From Chlamydiota bacterium (GTDB lineage Bacteria; Chlamydiota; Chlamydiia; Chlamydiales; JAAZZY01), in NCBI GenBank assembly GCA_022601345.1, contig JAJACU010000037.1, positions 33,183 through 97,182 on the forward strand: DNA of 64,000 nt, read 5' to 3'. The position numbers and the translations under genes are program-made. The notes under the pieces are model-generated. The model was not told where the DNA came from and did not search any database. It saw only the letters and a list, made by a program, of their open reading frames with translations. Every line of letters begins with the position of its first letter. Position 1 is the first letter of the stretch. Of the stretch, positions 16,498 through 26,312 are shown one piece after another.

Positions 16498-17949
16498 ATG
16501 GAACCAAATGCTGATATTGGACTTGTAGGACTTGCTGTTATGGGACAAAATCTAGTCCTCAACATGAATGATAATGGATATACTGTTGCTGTTTTTAACC
16601 GTACAAGTGAGAAAGTAAAAAGTTTCTTAGAAGATGAAGCGAAAGGGACTAATGTTGTAGGAACCTATTCCGTAGAAGAGTTTGTTGCAACGTTGAAAAG
16701 ACCAAGGCGAGTAATGCTAATGGTCAAAGCTGGTGATGTTGTTGATAAATTTATAGAGAAAATTGTCCCTCATTTGGAGAAAGGCGATATTATTATCGAT
16801 GGAGGAAACAGCCACTATCAAGACTCAGAGCGCAGACTTAAGAGCCTAGAAGCTAAAGGAATTCATTTTATTGGAGCAGGGATTTCTGGTGGAGAAGAAG
16901 GAGCTAGATTTGGCCCATCAATTATGCCAGGTGGAAGTGCTGATGCATGGCAACATGTAGCACCTATTTTTCAAAGCATCGCTGCAAAGGTAGATGATAT
17001 GCCTTGTTGTGATTGGGTAGGGAATGGAGGATCTGGCCATTTTGTTAAGATGGTTCATAATGGAATTGAATATGGCGACATGCAGCTTATATGCGAAGCT
17101 TACCATCTTTTAAGAGGAGCACTAGGGCTAAGCACTGACGAAATTAGCGATATTTTTGATCAATGGAACAAAAAAGAGCTTAACAGCTACCTTATTGAAA
17201 TTACTCGCGATATTCTAGCTTTTAAAGATGAAGATAAAGAGCCACTTGTAGACAAAATTCTAGATGTTGCTGGACAAAAGGGGACAGGAAAGTGGACTGG
17301 CGTTAACGCTTTAGAGCTTGGCGTTCCATTAACATTAATTGCAGAATCTGTTTTTGCTCGCTATTTATCTAGTATGAAAGAAGAGCGAACTTTAGCTTCC
17401 CAAGAGCTCAAAGGGCCCAACCCAGAGTTTCAAGGAAATAAAGAGGAGTTTATTGACAAAGTTTTTAAAGCACTTTATGCATCAAAAATTATTAGTTATG
17501 CTCAAGGTTTCATGCTTTTTAAAGAAGCAGCAAAAGAATACAACTGGCAGCTAAACTACGCTCAGATTGCTTTTATGTGGAGAGGGGGATGTATCATCCG
17601 CAGCTCTTTCTTATCAAAAATTACTGAGGCGTATCAAGAAAATGAGCAACTCTCAACCTTGCTTTACAATTCATTTTTTAAAGAAGCAATTGACGGAGCT
17701 CAATCGTCTTGGAGACAAGTTGTTAGCCAAGCAGTGATGCTCGGAATACCCGTACCATGTTTTGGAGCAGCTCTTTCATTTTATGATGGGCTTCGCACCA
17801 AAAATCTTCCGCAAAACTTGCTGCAAGCTCAACGTGACTATTTTGGTGCACATACCTATGAGCGGGTGGATAAGGATCGTGGAGAGTTCTTCCATACGAA
17901 TTGGACAGGTAGAGGCGGAAGTATTTCTGCTACACAATATAATGCATAA
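16498..17949 (+). CDS. gnd: 6-phosphogluconate dehydrogenase, decarboxylating
   Basis: IGLVGLAVMGQNLVLN NADP fold. GNGGSGHFVKMVHNGIEYGDMQLI signature. Confidence 0.95.
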   Translation: MEPNADIGLVGLAVMGQNLVLNMNDNGYTVAVFNRTSEKVKSFLEDEAKGTNVVGTYSVEEFVATLKRPRRVMLMVKAGDVVDKFIEKIVPHLEKGDIIIDGGNSHYQDSERRLKSLEAKGIHFIGAGISGGEEGARFGPSIMPGGSADAWQHVAPIFQSIAAKVDDMPCCDWVGNGGSGHFVKMVHNGIEYGDMQLICEAYHLLRGALGLSTDEISDIFDQWNKKELNSYLIEITRDILAFKDEDKEPLVDKILDVAGQKGTGKWTGVNALELGVPLTLIAESVFARYLSSMKEERTLASQELKGPNPEFQGNKEEFIDKVFKALYASKIISYAQGFMLFKEAAKEYNWQLNYAQIAFMWRGGCIIRSSFLSKITEAYQENEQLSTLLYNSFFKEAIDGAQSSWRQVVSQAVMLGIPVPCFGAALSFYDGLRTKNLPQNLLQAQRDYFGAHTYERVDKDRGEFFHTNWTGRGGSISATQYNA

Positions 17950-17964
17950 ACCCAAGGTAAAAAC

Positions 17965-18648
17965 ATGATTGTTGAAAGAGTGAAATCCTTTTTTGATTGG
18001 CTTGAAATTGATTCAGAGCGTAGAGGTGAACTCGAACTGATTGCTGAAGAAGCAGCTCTTCTTGCCGAAGGAATGACGCACTTAAAAGACTATTTAGCCC
18101 TGGCAGCTCTTTTAGAATTCACACAGCCTAAACAAATTTTTGAGATAGGGACATATAAAGGGATAACATCTGATTTCTTTATGCAGGTTTTACCTCATTG
18201 CAGAGTAATCTCCATTGCCTATATCAATCCAAGAAGAGAGTTTTTTAAAAAGAAGTTTAATAACTCAGAACTCTCTAGTGAAGAAATAGGAAGCTATGTG
18301 ACCAAAGAGAGAAAAAGTCGTTTTACTCAATTGATTGGTAATTCTCATGATTTAGTCGCAAGTAAGCTGATTGATGATTATGGACAGATGGACATGATTT
18401 TTATTGATGGAGATCATTCAGTTAAGGGCGTTCAAAAAGATACCGAGCTTGCACTAGAGATTTTAAAGAAAAATGGAACTATTGGCTGGCATGATGCCAA
18501 CCCAAAAGATCAGTATACACCTGTACGTAAATATTTAGAGAACCAATTAGAAAAACCCATGTTAGCTACCTATGATGATTATATTGGTGGCGTAGCATGC
18601 TGGAACAAAAAAATAGAAGAAAAACTGCAAACACTAACACATGCCTAA
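17965..18648 (+). CDS. Class I SAM-dependent methyltransferase (O-MTase-like)
   Basis: [12 protein letters not shown] (motif I-like) and [13 protein letters not shown]. Substrate unknown. Confidence 0.6.
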   Translation: MIVERVKSFFDWLEIDSERRGELELIAEEAALLAEGMTHLKDYLALAALLEFTQPKQIFEIGTYKGITSDFFMQVLPHCRVISIAYINPRREFFKKKFNNSELSSEEIGSYVTKERKSRFTQLIGNSHDLVASKLIDDYGQMDMIFIDGDHSVKGVQKDTELALEILKKNGTIGWHDANPKDQYTPVRKYLENQLEKPMLATYDDYIGGVACWNKKIEEKLQTLTHA

Positions 18649-20443
18649 AATAGATCCAAAATACATAAGAAATTTTTCAATTATTGCACACATCGACCAC
18701 GGTAAGTCTACAATTGCTGATCGACTCATTGAATTTACAAGTACCGTTTTAAAACGCGATATGCAAGAGCAATTACTCGATGACATGGAACTTGAACGTG
18801 AGCGTGGAATAACTATTAAAGCACACCCAGTGACAATGTATTACAAGTCAAAAGAAGGGGTTGAATATCAAATCAATTTTATTGATACCCCAGGCCATGT
18901 TGACTTTTCATATGAAGTTTCGAGATCTTTAGCTGCATGTGAGGGAGCTCTGCTTGTCGTTGACGCATCTCAAGGGGTGCAGGCTCAAACGTTAGCAAAT
19001 GTTTTTCTGGCTGTAGAACATAACTTAGAAATTCTACCTGTATTGAATAAAATTGATTTAGCTCAAGCAAACCCAGATGATGTTAAAAACCAAATTGAAG
19101 AGGTCATTGGTATAGATGCTTCTCAAGCTATTGAATGCTCAGCTAAGACCGGTAAAGGGATAGAAAGCATTCTAGAGAAAATATTAGAAGTCATACCGCC
19201 ACCTAAAATTGTAGATGACGGTTATCTACGTGCTCTTGTTTTTGATTCACACTATGACGCCTATCGTGGAGTTATGGTTTATATTCGCGTTATTAGTGGA
19301 TCAATAAAAAAGGGAACTCCTATTTTCATGATGGCTACCAATAAGAAATTTGAAGTTTTAGAAGTAGGTATCTTTGCTCCAAATGAAACAGTAAGTAGTG
19401 AGTTAAGAGCCGGCGAAGTGGGCTACATGATTGCTAATATCAAAAACTCTAACGACGTGAAAGTTGGCGATACACTAACCTATCAGAAAAACCCTATTAG
19501 CGAGCCTCTTAAAGGCTTTAAAGAAATTAAGCCAGTTGTCTTTGCTGGAATATATCCTGTCGATACTACAGACTTTGAAGCACTTCGAGATGCTCTATCT
19601 CGTTTGCAGCTTAATGATTCTGCTTTGGATATTGAGCAGGAGACCAGTCAAGCATTAGGCTTTGGTTTTAGATGTGGGTTTTTAGGGCTCTTGCATCTTG
19701 AAATTATTTCTGAACGTGTAATTCGCGAGTTTGATTTAGATATTATTATCACAGCGCCATCTGTTATCTATCGCATCACACTAAACAGCGGAAAGGTGCA
19801 AGATTTAGATAATCCATCTCACTATCCTGATCCTACCCATATTACAAAAATTGAAGAGCCTTGGGTTGAATGCCATATAATGACTCCTTCAGACTATATG
19901 GGGGCTATTATGAACTTGGGTAATGATAAGAGAGGCAACCTGGTCAAAACTGAGAGTGTTGGTGAATCTCGATTATTTTTAACCTATCACTTCCCTTTGA
20001 ACGAAGTGGTAACAGACTTTAATGACAAGTTAAAATCAGCTACGAAAGGTTATGCATCTTTTGACTATGAATTCCATAGTTACAAGAAAAGCGACATTGT
20101 TAAACTCGATGTAAAAATTAACAGTGAACCTGTTGATGCCTTTTCTTGCTTAGTTCATTCATCTAAAGCAGAAGCTAAAGGGCGTGTTATCTGTGCAAAG
20201 CTTAAAGATGTGATTCCAAAACAGCTCTTTAAAGTGCCAATTCAAGCAGCTATTGGTGGAAAAATTATTGCTAGAGAGACCATCTCAGCAATGGGTAAAA
20301 ACGTCACGGCTAAATGTTATGGTGGAGATATTTCACGTAAACGTAAGCTTTGGGAAAAGCAAAAGAAAGGTAAAAAGCGCATGAAGGAAATTGGTAAAGT
20401 GAATATCCCTCAAAGCGCTTTTATGGAAGTTCTAAAGAGCTAG
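18641..20443 (+). CDS. lepA: Elongation factor 4 (LepA)
   Basis: [31 protein letters not shown]. Conserved C-terminus [17 protein letters not shown]. Confidence 0.97.
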   Translation: MPKIDPKYIRNFSIIAHIDHGKSTIADRLIEFTSTVLKRDMQEQLLDDMELERERGITIKAHPVTMYYKSKEGVEYQINFIDTPGHVDFSYEVSRSLAACEGALLVVDASQGVQAQTLANVFLAVEHNLEILPVLNKIDLAQANPDDVKNQIEEVIGIDASQAIECSAKTGKGIESILEKILEVIPPPKIVDDGYLRALVFDSHYDAYRGVMVYIRVISGSIKKGTPIFMMATNKKFEVLEVGIFAPNETVSSELRAGEVGYMIANIKNSNDVKVGDTLTYQKNPISEPLKGFKEIKPVVFAGIYPVDTTDFEALRDALSRLQLNDSALDIEQETSQALGFGFRCGFLGLLHLEIISERVIREFDLDIIITAPSVIYRITLNSGKVQDLDNPSHYPDPTHITKIEEPWVECHIMTPSDYMGAIMNLGNDKRGNLVKTESVGESRLFLTYHFPLNEVVTDFNDKLKSATKGYASFDYEFHSYKKSDIVKLDVKINSEPVDAFSCLVHSSKAEAKGRVICAKLKDVIPKQLFKVPIQAAIGGKIIARETISAMGKNVTAKCYGGDISRKRKLWEKQKKGKKRMKEIGKVNIPQSAFMEVLKS

Positions 20444-20790
20444 ATCTTTCTTAAATCAGACATAAAATCTTTTGCATGCCTTACTGCATTTTTAACAAAA
20501 AGTAGGCTAGAGAGCCCAAGTGCTAAAGATGTGGTGCTAATAAGAGGTCCAGTTATTGCCTCATTTCCTCTTAAACTCTCAGATGCAAAGTTAGCAAAAG
20601 GCTTAACAAGTCTTATATTGGTAATTTGTGGAAGGCAGTAGTTGCTAGAGCTGTATCCATTTGTTGGAGCCATGTTTAAGCAAACTTTTTGGCTATCAAG
20701 CTGAGTTGCAGCAAGGGTAAGTAATGCGCCGGCTGCAGCTAGATTAGCAGCAGCAAGCCCTGCGCTTTTCATTGAATTTTGAATGCTCAT
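20440..20790 (-). CDS. Hypothetical small membrane protein
   Basis: 116-aa ORF with two hydrophobic segments ([19 protein letters not shown]; [17 protein letters not shown]). No family recognised. Confidence 0.45.
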   Translation of the reverse strand: MSIQNSMKSAGLAAANLAAAGALLTLAATQLDSQKVCLNMAPTNGYSSSNYCLPQITNIRLVKPFANFASESLRGNEAITGPLISTTSLALGLSSLLFVKNAVRHAKDFMSDLRKI

Positions 20791-21396
20791 AAAAATATCT
20801 CATTGCTATTTAAAAAGAACAAGTTTATCTCTGCTATTTTTAATTGTATATTTAAAATTAATAGGGTCATTATTAAAAAGACATTTGGAAAGATTATATT
20901 TTTAAATGGGGCTACAAGTAGTGGAAAAACTACTATAGCAAAATCATTGCAAGCTAAGTTGGATGAACCTTTTTGGCACTATTCTATAGATCATTTTTTT
21001 GATTCAGATATTTTGCCAATGGATCGATTTAGAAAAAAAGATTTTGTGTGGGCAAGCTATAGGGATTCCTTTTTTGAAGGTTTCCATAATTCGATACCCA
21101 TTTTTGTTCGTGCCGGTAACAATTTAATTATTGAGCATATCATTGAAACCGAAAAGTGGATGAATTTGTTACTGCGTTTACTTAAACCATTCGATGTATA
21201 TTTTGTTGGAGTTCATTGTCCTCTTGCTGAACTTGAGAGAAGAGAATTAGAAAGAGGTGATAGACCCGCTGGTGGAGCAAAAAAAGATTTTGAATCCATT
21301 CATCTTCATGCAAAGTATGACTTGGAACTTGATTCAACCCATTCATTAGGCAAGAATGTTGATTTACTTATATCGTCTTGGAAAAAAAGAGCCTAA
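20779..21396 (+). CDS. Chloramphenicol-phosphotransferase-like (CPT family) P-loop kinase
   Basis: IIFLNGATSSGKTTIAKSLQ...EPFWHYSIDHF resembles the CPT N-terminus. Start uncertain (ATG 20779 or TTG 20803); the ~35 aa before the P-loop look like translated intergenic sequence. Confidence 0.65.
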   Translation: MNAHKNISLLFKKNKFISAIFNCIFKINRVIIKKTFGKIIFLNGATSSGKTTIAKSLQAKLDEPFWHYSIDHFFDSDILPMDRFRKKDFVWASYRDSFFEGFHNSIPIFVRAGNNLIIEHIIETEKWMNLLLRLLKPFDVYFVGVHCPLAELERRELERGDRPAGGAKKDFESIHLHAKYDLELDSTHSLGKNVDLLISSWKKRA

Positions 21397-21430
21397 CTAT
21401 GTCCAAAACCCGATTTAGCTCTGGCTTAAA

Positions 21431-22141
21431 TTAGTTTAATTTTTTGAGCGATTTTCTATGACCAATAGAGAGGAACTCTTGGGGAATTTCTGAATAAGTT
21501 TTTTCAATTGAAAACTTATCTGAAAGAGCTTTAGGCAATTTGTCTATTAAAGGTTGAACGCTTGGGTAGTATTTACATAGTGGTGTAATGAAATCTTTGT
21601 GGGAGCGATTGGAGCGATATTCGGGGATTTTTTTAGGCTGCTTGAGAAGGTTAATCTTTTTTATGTCGTAGTCCCATAAGAAGGACGTGTGCAGAAGCCA
21701 ACGATTTTTACGTATGTAGAGTGCGTTGCCTCCTATCTTTTTGCTTTTCATCACATAGTCATTTTCAATTAAATTGAAATCATTGTGATCAAACAAATTT
21801 TGATAGAAATTCTTGCCCCACTTTAAAATAGGCTCTGGGTAGCAATCAGTATCAGTATCTTCTTTGTTGCAGATAAAAGTGATAAAAAGGGTTTTTTGGT
21901 CCACATAGACAGTTCCGCCTCCGCTAAATCTTTTAATAATAGGTACTGGGTTATTTTGCAAGTGATTCAAATGAATCATTTCCTCGGGTTTCGATGAAAT
22001 GCCCAGTACAATAGCATCCGGTGAACCCATGTTAACTATACACCAATTTTGGTCGTTGGCTCGAAGCAGTGCTTCTTCCAGCTCTAGCTGATCATATATG
22101 GGGCAATTGCTGAGTTTAATGAAGTTTATAGGAGAATTCAT
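21431..22141 (-). CDS. Lipoate-protein ligase A / BPL-LplA-LipB family protein
   Basis: KRFSGGGTVYVDQKTLFITF and KKIGGNALYIRKNRWLLHTSFLWD motifs. Confidence 0.8.
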   Translation of the reverse strand: MNSPINFIKLSNCPIYDQLELEEALLRANDQNWCIVNMGSPDAIVLGISSKPEEMIHLNHLQNNPVPIIKRFSGGGTVYVDQKTLFITFICNKEDTDTDCYPEPILKWGKNFYQNLFDHNDFNLIENDYVMKSKKIGGNALYIRKNRWLLHTSFLWDYDIKKINLLKQPKKIPEYRSNRSHKDFITPLCKYYPSVQPLIDKLPKALSDKFSIEKTYSEIPQEFLSIGHRKSLKKLN

Positions 22142-23968
22142 TTACTTCTTAGCGTCTAGCGCCACCATTAATACAGAAAGATCAGCAGGAGATACTCCCG
22201 CGATTCGAGAAGCTTGCCCTAAATTTTCAGGGTTATACTTATTCAATTTTTCTACTGCCTCAGTGCGAAGCCCGAGTATAGAGGAAAAGCTAATATCTTT
22301 GGGAAAAAAAAGTTTTTCCAAATGATCAAACTTACTTATTTCAGCTTGTTGCCTCTTTATGTAACCTTCATACTTAATATTCAGTTCAATTTGATTTTCA
22401 ATGTCAGTTGAATAGGCTGTAATTTTATCAGGATATTTTTCTTTCATTAGCTCATAGCTCATTTCGGGGCGTGCAATAAGTTTTTTTAATGAATACCCTT
22501 TTGAGTCTATTTCTGTAAAGACCAGTGATAGCCTCTTTAACTCGGTGTCAATAATATGTTTTTTATGGTTGAGTCGATTGAGCTGTCCTTCATTAATAAG
22601 GCCTAATTTGTAGCCGTGGGCGCGCAATCTAAGATCGGCATTGTCTTGCCTTAGAAGTAGCCTATACTCAGCTCTAGAAGTAAACATTCGGTAGGGTTCT
22701 TCTAAATCTTGGCGTATTAAATCGTCTATCATAACGCCAATATAAGATTCTGAGCGTTTAAGAATAAAAGGAGGTTTATTCTTTACAGTAAGTACTGCGT
22801 TTATTGCTGCAATGAGCCCTTGGGCTGCAGCTTCTTCGTAACCTGTTGTTCCATTGATTTGACCTGCAAGGTAGAGGCCTTTAATTTTTTTGCTATCTAA
22901 AGTCGAGTCTATTTGCCCAGAAGTGACATAATCATATTCAATAGCATAAGCTGGCCGTGTTATATGAGCATTTTCAAGTCCCGCAATGCTATGAAGCATT
23001 TCTAACTGCACATCGCATGGCAAAGATGTTGAGATCCCGTTGACGTATACTTCTTGAGTATCTAGTCCTTCAGGTTCTAAGAATATTTGGTGGCGCTCTT
23101 TATCTTTAAATCGAGTGACCTTGTCTTCAATAGATGGGCAATATCTAGGGCCTACTCCTTGTATTTTTCCACTATAAAGTGGAGAGCGATGGATATTTTT
23201 TTCGATAATCTTTTGAGTTTCTATAGATGTATAGGCGATATAGCAGCTAATTTGTCTTAGGCGTTCTTTTTTTACTGCGTCAAAAGAAAAGCGGATGTTT
23301 TCTTCGCCTTTTTGCTCTTCTACTTTTGAAAAGTTGATGCTTTTAAAATGAATGCGCGGGGGAGTTCCTGTTTTTAGACGAGCTAAATTAAAGCCTAAAT
23401 CTAAAAGATTTTTTGAAATACCTGTAGCTGCTTTGTCTCCTGCACGGCCACCTTGAATATTGACCTCACCAAGGTGCATAAGTCCTCGCATAAAGGTACC
23501 TGCTGATAAGATAACACTTTTTGTGTTGTAGATAATGCCTTCTTTGGTTTTTACACCAGTGACACTGCCATTTTCAACAACGATTTCTTCAATAGTTCCT
23601 TGAATAATATCGAGGTTGGGAGTCTCTTCAAGAAGACTTTTCATTCTGAATTGATAAGCGACTTTATCTGCTTGGGCACGTGGAGCCCAAACAGCAGGCC
23701 CTTTAGAAGCGTTGAGCATGCGAAATTGAATTCCACACTCATCTGTGACTTGTCCCATAAGCCCACCAAGTGCGTCTATTTCGCGCACAATATGGCCTTT
23801 ACCGATTCCTCCAATGGCTGGGTTACAGCTCATTTTTGCAATAGTATCTAAATTCATAGTTAAAAGAAGAGTCGGAGCGCCCATTTTTGCAGCCGCGTGA
23901 GCAGCTTCACAACCTGCGTGCCCTCCTCCAATAACTATTACATCATAGTGTTTGGGATATAACCACAT
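22142..23968 (-). CDS. mnmG: tRNA uridine 5-carboxymethylaminomethyl modification enzyme MnmG (GidA)
   Basis: [18 protein letters not shown] fold. Full-length conservation. Confidence 0.97.
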   Translation of the reverse strand: MWLYPKHYDVIVIGGGHAGCEAAHAAAKMGAPTLLLTMNLDTIAKMSCNPAIGGIGKGHIVREIDALGGLMGQVTDECGIQFRMLNASKGPAVWAPRAQADKVAYQFRMKSLLEETPNLDIIQGTIEEIVVENGSVTGVKTKEGIIYNTKSVILSAGTFMRGLMHLGEVNIQGGRAGDKAATGISKNLLDLGFNLARLKTGTPPRIHFKSINFSKVEEQKGEENIRFSFDAVKKERLRQISCYIAYTSIETQKIIEKNIHRSPLYSGKIQGVGPRYCPSIEDKVTRFKDKERHQIFLEPEGLDTQEVYVNGISTSLPCDVQLEMLHSIAGLENAHITRPAYAIEYDYVTSGQIDSTLDSKKIKGLYLAGQINGTTGYEEAAAQGLIAAINAVLTVKNKPPFILKRSESYIGVMIDDLIRQDLEEPYRMFTSRAEYRLLLRQDNADLRLRAHGYKLGLINEGQLNRLNHKKHIIDTELKRLSLVFTEIDSKGYSLKKLIARPEMSYELMKEKYPDKITAYSTDIENQIELNIKYEGYIKRQQAEISKFDHLEKLFFPKDISFSSILGLRTEAVEKLNKYNPENLGQASRIAGVSPADLSVLMVALDAKK

Positions 23969-23985
23969 ACTTTTGGGTGAAAAAA

Positions 23986-24075
23986 TTACTTCTTCTTATG
24001 ACGATCTCTACGACGGCGTTTTTTGCGCTTGTGCTTTGAGATCTTCTTTCTGCGTTTTTTGAGAACTGATGACAT
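23986..24075 (-). CDS. Small basic protein, bS22-like (AURKAIP1/COX24-domain) ribosomal protein candidate; not in the ORF track
   Basis: The reverse complement translates to [29 protein letters not shown] (29 aa). It lies 17 nt upstream of mnmG on the same strand. It resembles mycobacterial bS22 as I recall it ([21 protein letters not shown]...). Confidence 0.65.
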   Translation of the reverse strand: MSSVLKKRRKKISKHKRKKRRRRDRHKKK

Positions 24076-24188
24076 CTATTTAACAAAGTTTTTTAGTTAA
24101 TTTTAGAAAAACAAAGTAATTTTAGAGATATTTCCGTTAAAAGTAAAGTCTAACTTCATTTTAGGGAAATATAACCGAAATTAAAATA

Positions 24189-24746
24189 TTAACTTGATTT
24201 AGTAGCAAATTTGACAAAACCTTCAACATATTCGAGTAATCTTTTTTGAACCTTTGAGTCGGTAATAGTTCCGCTTTCATCAAAGACACTATATGATGAT
24301 CCAACATGAAGAGATTTTCCAAAATACGCTTTTGCATTGAGGCACTGTAAAATAGGCAGCCAGGCAGCCTGTGCTAGCGCAGAACCAAAGTGTCCAGCAG
24401 CGGCTCCAATTACTCCAGTAGGACGGTTGCCAAATACCTTGGGGATGTCTGCTGCAGGACGCGAGAGCCAGTCAATAGTATTTTTTAAAACACCAGGAAT
24501 TCCATGGTTAAACTCTGGGGTGCTGATTAGTAGACCAGAGGATAATTCAATCTTTTCTTTTAATTGCACAACTGCATCAGGTATTCCATGTTTATCCTCA
24601 AGATCCCAATTGTATAAAGGAATATTTTCAATAGAGGCTATCAATATTTCAACACCGCTTGGAGCTAGCTTTGCAGCTTCTTGAAGCAAAAAAGTATTAA
24701 CAGAGTTTTTTCTAAGGCTTCCAGATAGGGCAATTATTGTTTTCAT
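24189..24746 (-). CDS. NAD(P)H-dependent FMN reductase family oxidoreductase
   Basis: MKTIIALSGSLRKNSVN start and PEFNHGIPGVLKNTIDWLSR motif. The internal ATG at 24746 is preferred over the track start at 24791. Confidence 0.8.
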   Translation of the reverse strand: MKTIIALSGSLRKNSVNTFLLQEAAKLAPSGVEILIASIENIPLYNWDLEDKHGIPDAVVQLKEKIELSSGLLISTPEFNHGIPGVLKNTIDWLSRPAADIPKVFGNRPTGVIGAAAGHFGSALAQAAWLPILQCLNAKAYFGKSLHVGSSYSVFDESGTITDSKVQKRLLEYVEGFVKFATKSS

Positions 24747-24866
24747 GAAAATTAGCTTTTTTAATTTAAGGAGAATTAAAGAATTTATCAAATAGGGGGT
24801 TTTAAAACATTCTTTAATTTTAGATAGGAATTAGTGCCGTGTTTTGTGCTGCTTTAAAAGAATTAA

Positions 24867-26312
24867 TTATTCATATCCGACAGCTTCAGGAGTATAGTTT
24901 GAGAATTTTGCAAATTCTTTTAAGAATGTAATGTTAATATTCCCAATGGCTCCATGTCTATTTTTTGCAATAATAAGTTCAGCCATTCCTGGTTTGTCCA
25001 TTGGATCGTAATAGTCTCTTCGAAGCATAAAAATAACAACATCGGCATCTTGCTCAATACTTCCACTTTCACGTAAATCACTCATCATCGGGCGGTGCCC
25101 AGTTCTTTCTTCGACGCGACGCGATAACTGTGAAAGACAAATAATAGGGATATCTAGTTCTCTAGCTAAGTTTTTGAGAAGGCGAGAAATCTCTGAAATT
25201 TCATGTTGGCGACTCTCAGAGTTGCGTGTAGAGTTTGAACCTGATAGAAGCTGAAGGTAATCTACAACGAGCAGTTCGATGTCATATGCTTCTTTCATTC
25301 GGCGCGCACGTGCTCGAAGGTCTGTAATTTTAATTCCAGGCTGGTCATCAATAACAATGTTATGCTTTTGGAATTCACTCACAGCCGAGACGACACTTTG
25401 GTACTCGCTGCCATTTAGTGATCCAGTAGCTATTTTTTCTGATTCTACACCTGATTGTGCACAAATTAATCTATGGAGCAGTTGTTCAGCACCCATTTCA
25501 AGAGAAAATATGCCCACAGATTTTTTGCTAAGCAGCGCAACATTTGCAGCAACATTAAGAGCAAAAAGAGTTTTTCCCATCGCAGGACGTGCAGCTAGAA
25601 TAATTAAATTTGAATTTCCCAGGCCATTGATTGTTTTATCTAGGTCTAAGAAGTTTGTGGGTGTTCCAGTAATGCCCAGATCTCCTTCGGGGCGATTTTG
25701 GAAATCTTCTTGTCTTTTTTCGAGTTCTTTTAAATAAGGCATCATAGAGTCTGTCTTGACTCCTGAAATTAAGTCCGGAACGTTGACGCCCACGCTTGCA
25801 CGGTTTGCTTGGCTGATTTGAAAAAGCTTTTGTTGAGCGTCATCTAACGCTGAAAAAACATCTTCAGGTTCATCAAAAGCTTCTTTCTCAATTTCTTGAG
25901 CCGTACGTGCCATGCGGCGCAAAATTGCCTTATCATGAACAAGGTGGGCATAGTGCTCAATATGTGCAGAAGTTCCAGCAAACTGAGCAAGTGTCGTTAA
26001 ATAGCTTACCCCACCAACGGTATTTAATTTGTCTTTGCGCTTAAGCTCTTCAGCGACTAAGTGTACATCTGCAGGCTTATCGCTTTTATATAAAAACTTG
26101 ATTGTAGAGAAAATAGTACGGTGTTCAGTAAAATAGAAGTCAGAGTCATCCAATAAGTCTACAGCAGTATTAACGCTATTGATGTTCGTTAGCATACAGC
26201 CTAGTACCATCATCTCAGCTTCTTTTGAATGAGGAGGTACTTTAGCTAGTTTTCTGTTGACGGTTGTCTCTTGCATGGGGTTCTCGTTTTTTGTTGAATC
26301 CGAAAATAGCAT
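24867..26312 (-). CDS. dnaB: Replicative DNA helicase DnaB
   Basis: PPHSKEAEMMVLGCML N-domain. Walker A ARPAMGKTLFALN. Alternative ATG at 26276. Either start overlaps the 3' end of the upstream ATPase gene by 35-71 nt. Confidence 0.95.
   Translation of the reverse strand: MLFSDSTKNENPMQETTVNRKLAKVPPHSKEAEMMVLGCMLTNINSVNTAVDLLDDSDFYFTEHRTIFSTIKFLYKSDKPADVHLVAEELKRKDKLNTVGGVSYLTTLAQFAGTSAHIEHYAHLVHDKAILRRMARTAQEIEKEAFDEPEDVFSALDDAQQKLFQISQANRASVGVNVPDLISGVKTDSMMPYLKELEKRQEDFQNRPEGDLGITGTPTNFLDLDKTINGLGNSNLIILAARPAMGKTLFALNVAANVALLSKKSVGIFSLEMGAEQLLHRLICAQSGVESEKIATGSLNGSEYQSVVSAVSEFQKHNIVIDDQPGIKITDLRARARRMKEAYDIELLVVDYLQLLSGSNSTRNSESRQHEISEISRLLKNLARELDIPIICLSQLSRRVEERTGHRPMMSDLRESGSIEQDADVVIFMLRRDYYDPMDKPGMAELIIAKNRHGAIGNINITFLKEFAKFSNYTPEAVGYE

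Noticed and set aside
24337-24684. 115-aa plus-strand ORF inside the FMN reductase gene
   Set aside because: It is an antisense shadow ORF, while the opposite-strand product has clear family motifs.
25279-25737. 152-aa plus-strand ORF inside dnaB
   Set aside because: It is antisense to the conserved helicase core, with no recognisable motifs. Shadow ORF.
26242-26312. The dnaB/ATPase overlap as evidence of a frameshift or fusion
   Set aside because: Both reading frames terminate or start cleanly. The overlap shrinks to 35 nt if dnaB uses ATG 26276. Such overlaps are common in compact genomes.
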